From the IMG/VR virus record IMGVR_UViG_3300008265_000001: a stretch of 64,000 bases of DNA; one strand, given 5' to 3'. A model generated the notes under the pieces. It made no database searches. It saw only the letters and a program-made list of their open reading frames with translations, and was not told where the DNA came from. Origin of the DNA: a virus. Positions 62,904 to 64,000 of this stretch are shown here, piece by piece (within the stretch, counting starts at the first letter, position 1; every line of letters starts with the position of its first letter). A program made the translations under genes and the position numbers.

Positions 62904-63016
62904 TGCACTTTACTTCTTTTCTGCCAACGAACGTAGTGAGTGACTTCAGCAACAGCGCTCGTAAGTCATTCACACGACAAAAGCAAGCCACACTACTTGG
63001 TCAAAATGTCAAGTAA
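62900..63016 (+). CDS. 38-aa mini-ORF: interrupted or truncated MQHF leader
   Basis: MMHFTSFLPTNVVSDFSNSARKSFTRQKQATLLGQNVK. Its tail matches residues 6-24 of the 60601 protein. It has an ATGA overlap upstream and overlaps the next start. Confidence 0.35.
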   Translation: MMHFTSFLPTNVVSDFSNSARKSFTRQKQATLLGQNVK

Positions 63017-63362
63017 AAAAACTAAAGTCCCCCTCGAAAAAGTTACCAGAGAGAAAGTGGCGAGTTTCATGAGAGCAAGCGGATTTGTTGTCCAACAAGA
63101 AGTGGTCGTGCCAACTGGTCGTATCGATATTTTGGTCAAAGAGTACAAACCAAACGGGGAAATTACCAACTACATTATCGAGTGTAAACGTTATGGAGAC
63201 AGCAATTCAATCAAAAATGCAGTGGGTCAGTTGAGAACTTACGCCACCCACTATGGTAAAAATACTAAATTGTATATATGTACCAGCGACCCCACACCCT
63301 TAAACAAGGAAGCCCGAAAAGTTCTATCTTTGAATCCCGATATCCTCTACAAAGTATTCTAA
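63006..63362 (+). CDS. minimal Mrr-cat / PD-(D/E)XK nuclease-like protein, paralog 2
   Basis: The ATG at 63006 (MSSKKTKVPLEK) aligns with the paralog 1 start. GRIDILVKEY...YIIECKR. The C-terminus NPDILYKVF is identical in both. Confidence 0.6.
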   Translation: MSSKKTKVPLEKVTREKVASFMRASGFVVQQEVVVPTGRIDILVKEYKPNGEITNYIIECKRYGDSNSIKNAVGQLRTYATHYGKNTKLYICTSDPTPLNKEARKVLSLNPDILYKVF

Positions 63363-63366
63363 CTAT

Positions 63367-64000
63367 ATGAACACTTCCTCATTCGCTCGTATCCGTAACG
63401 CCAAAGCACTTCTCCTCACATCAGACAAGCGTGTAATGCACTTCCCTGCCACAAACAAGGTACGCATCGACAACATACTTCCTGACAATCCCAACTATAA
63501 AGCAGCAGCCAGACGCGCCAGCGTGAAAGAATATGAGAACGCAAGTAAAGCAGCCTCTACGACAGGGTTAGTTCCACCAGTGCAAAACTACCGTGAACGA
63601 GGGAACATGACCTCCTACACGCAAGACTATGCTGGTAAGCCATTACCTGACAAACTAGAAGGAATCTCACCAAAGGAACAATATAAAATTGGTAGTCAAG
63701 TAGGGCGTATGCAAAATCGCCTATACGAGAAAGGTATGGGTCACATGGATATACATGAAGGCAATGTAGTTAGACCAAACCCAAATAAAAAACAACTAAA
63801 ATTGGTGGATAATGCTTCAGTAAGACCTATTGAAGTTGAATATGATACAGGCGAGATGAAAAATCCATACTCTCGTCACTGGTTGGGTAAGCCATTTATG
63901 ACAGGCTATAATAGCAGAATAAACTTTTCGCAACATAAACAGATGCAACATTTCGCTCACTTCGGTTCGCAGGATGCAAATTTCGCACCATTTACAGTAA
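63367..64000 (+). CDS. protein with kinase-like catalytic-loop motif and an internal MQHFAHF (partial, runs off the window)
   Basis: Frame open from the ATG at 63367 to the window end. GMGHMDIHEGNVV...KLVDNAS resembles the HxDxxxxN...D of protein-kinase-like folds. MQHFAHF lies in frame at 63943. Confidence 0.5.
   Translation, partial: MNTSSFARIRNAKALLLTSDKRVMHFPATNKVRIDNILPDNPNYKAAARRASVKEYENASKAASTTGLVPPVQNYRERGNMTSYTQDYAGKPLPDKLEGISPKEQYKIGSQVGRMQNRLYEKGMGHMDIHEGNVVRPNPNKKQLKLVDNASVRPIEVEYDTGEMKNPYSRHWLGKPFMTGYNSRINFSQHKQMQHFAHFGSQDANFAPFTV

Noticed and set aside
2174-62924. Explaining the GCAGAAAAG excess simply as frequent Ala-Glu-Lys in helical proteins
   Set aside because: The word also occurs in non-coding spacers and in the ncRNA locus. 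On the sense strand it is read in three different frames (FFSA, SFLP, LFC). In addition, 12 of 15 A-E-K tripeptides use exactly GCA-GAA-AAR, which is more than codon bias alone should give.
1-64000. CRISPR array, integrase or attachment site, transposase/IS element, rRNA, reverse transcriptase (retron/DGR)
   Set aside because: I found no regularly spaced 25-40-nt repeats with unique spacers. I also found no tyrosine- or serine-recombinase, DDE or RT motifs in any long ORF, and no rRNA-like sequence.

Overview
The window reads as a large piece of a tailed dsDNA bacteriophage genome. It is AT-rich and more than 90% coding. Bases ~75-58476 form one long, tightly packed minus-strand gene array, interrupted by three plus-strand insertions: 3060-4832 plus 5359-5868, 18415-18837, and 40247-40747. 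The recognisable minus-strand genes are as follows. Nucleotide metabolism: class I ribonucleotide reductase alpha/beta, a ThyA-family enzyme, a dUTPase-fold protein and a dNMP-kinase-like protein. Replication and recombination: family-A DNA polymerase, RepA-like helicase, Zn-finger/Toprim primase, PD-(D/E)XK exonuclease, SSB and an ERF annealing protein. RNA end-healing type enzymes: RNA ligase, macro domain, CCA-adding-type nucleotidyltransferase, metallophosphoesterase and PhoH. Homing-endonuclease-type genes: five in total (2 GIY-YIG+AP2, 1 T5orf172, 2 HNH). Bases 36-58 kb hold dozens of small genes of unknown function, including many below 60 aa that the ORF track misses. After a 1.35 kb ORF-poor, repeat-rich control region (58477-59826), transcription switches to the plus strand. 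That block is a cassette of duplicated genes: a JAB/RadC-like protein, two Mrr-cat-like nucleases and a kinase-loop protein. Several of these proteins share an N-terminal MQHFA[NDH]F peptide. The most unusual signals are: (i) three tRNA-shaped RNA modules with inverted arm order (T-arm, capped acceptor hairpin, D-arm) in ORF-free minus-strand loci at 32.1 and 34.3-34.6 kb; (ii) a 460-nt GC-rich, ORF-free, helix-rich locus at 36.8-37.3 kb with its own promoter-like motif and intrinsic terminator; (iii) a 9-12 nt word, TTCTTTTCTGCC, present about 30 times on both strands; (iv) the MQHF leader family and its truncated copies; (v) several families of conserved intergenic motifs. No rRNA, canonical tRNA, CRISPR array, integrase or transposase was seen. 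All motif assignments are from reading the sequence and translations by eye, with no database search. Hand-derived coordinates of small features could be off by 1-2 nt.
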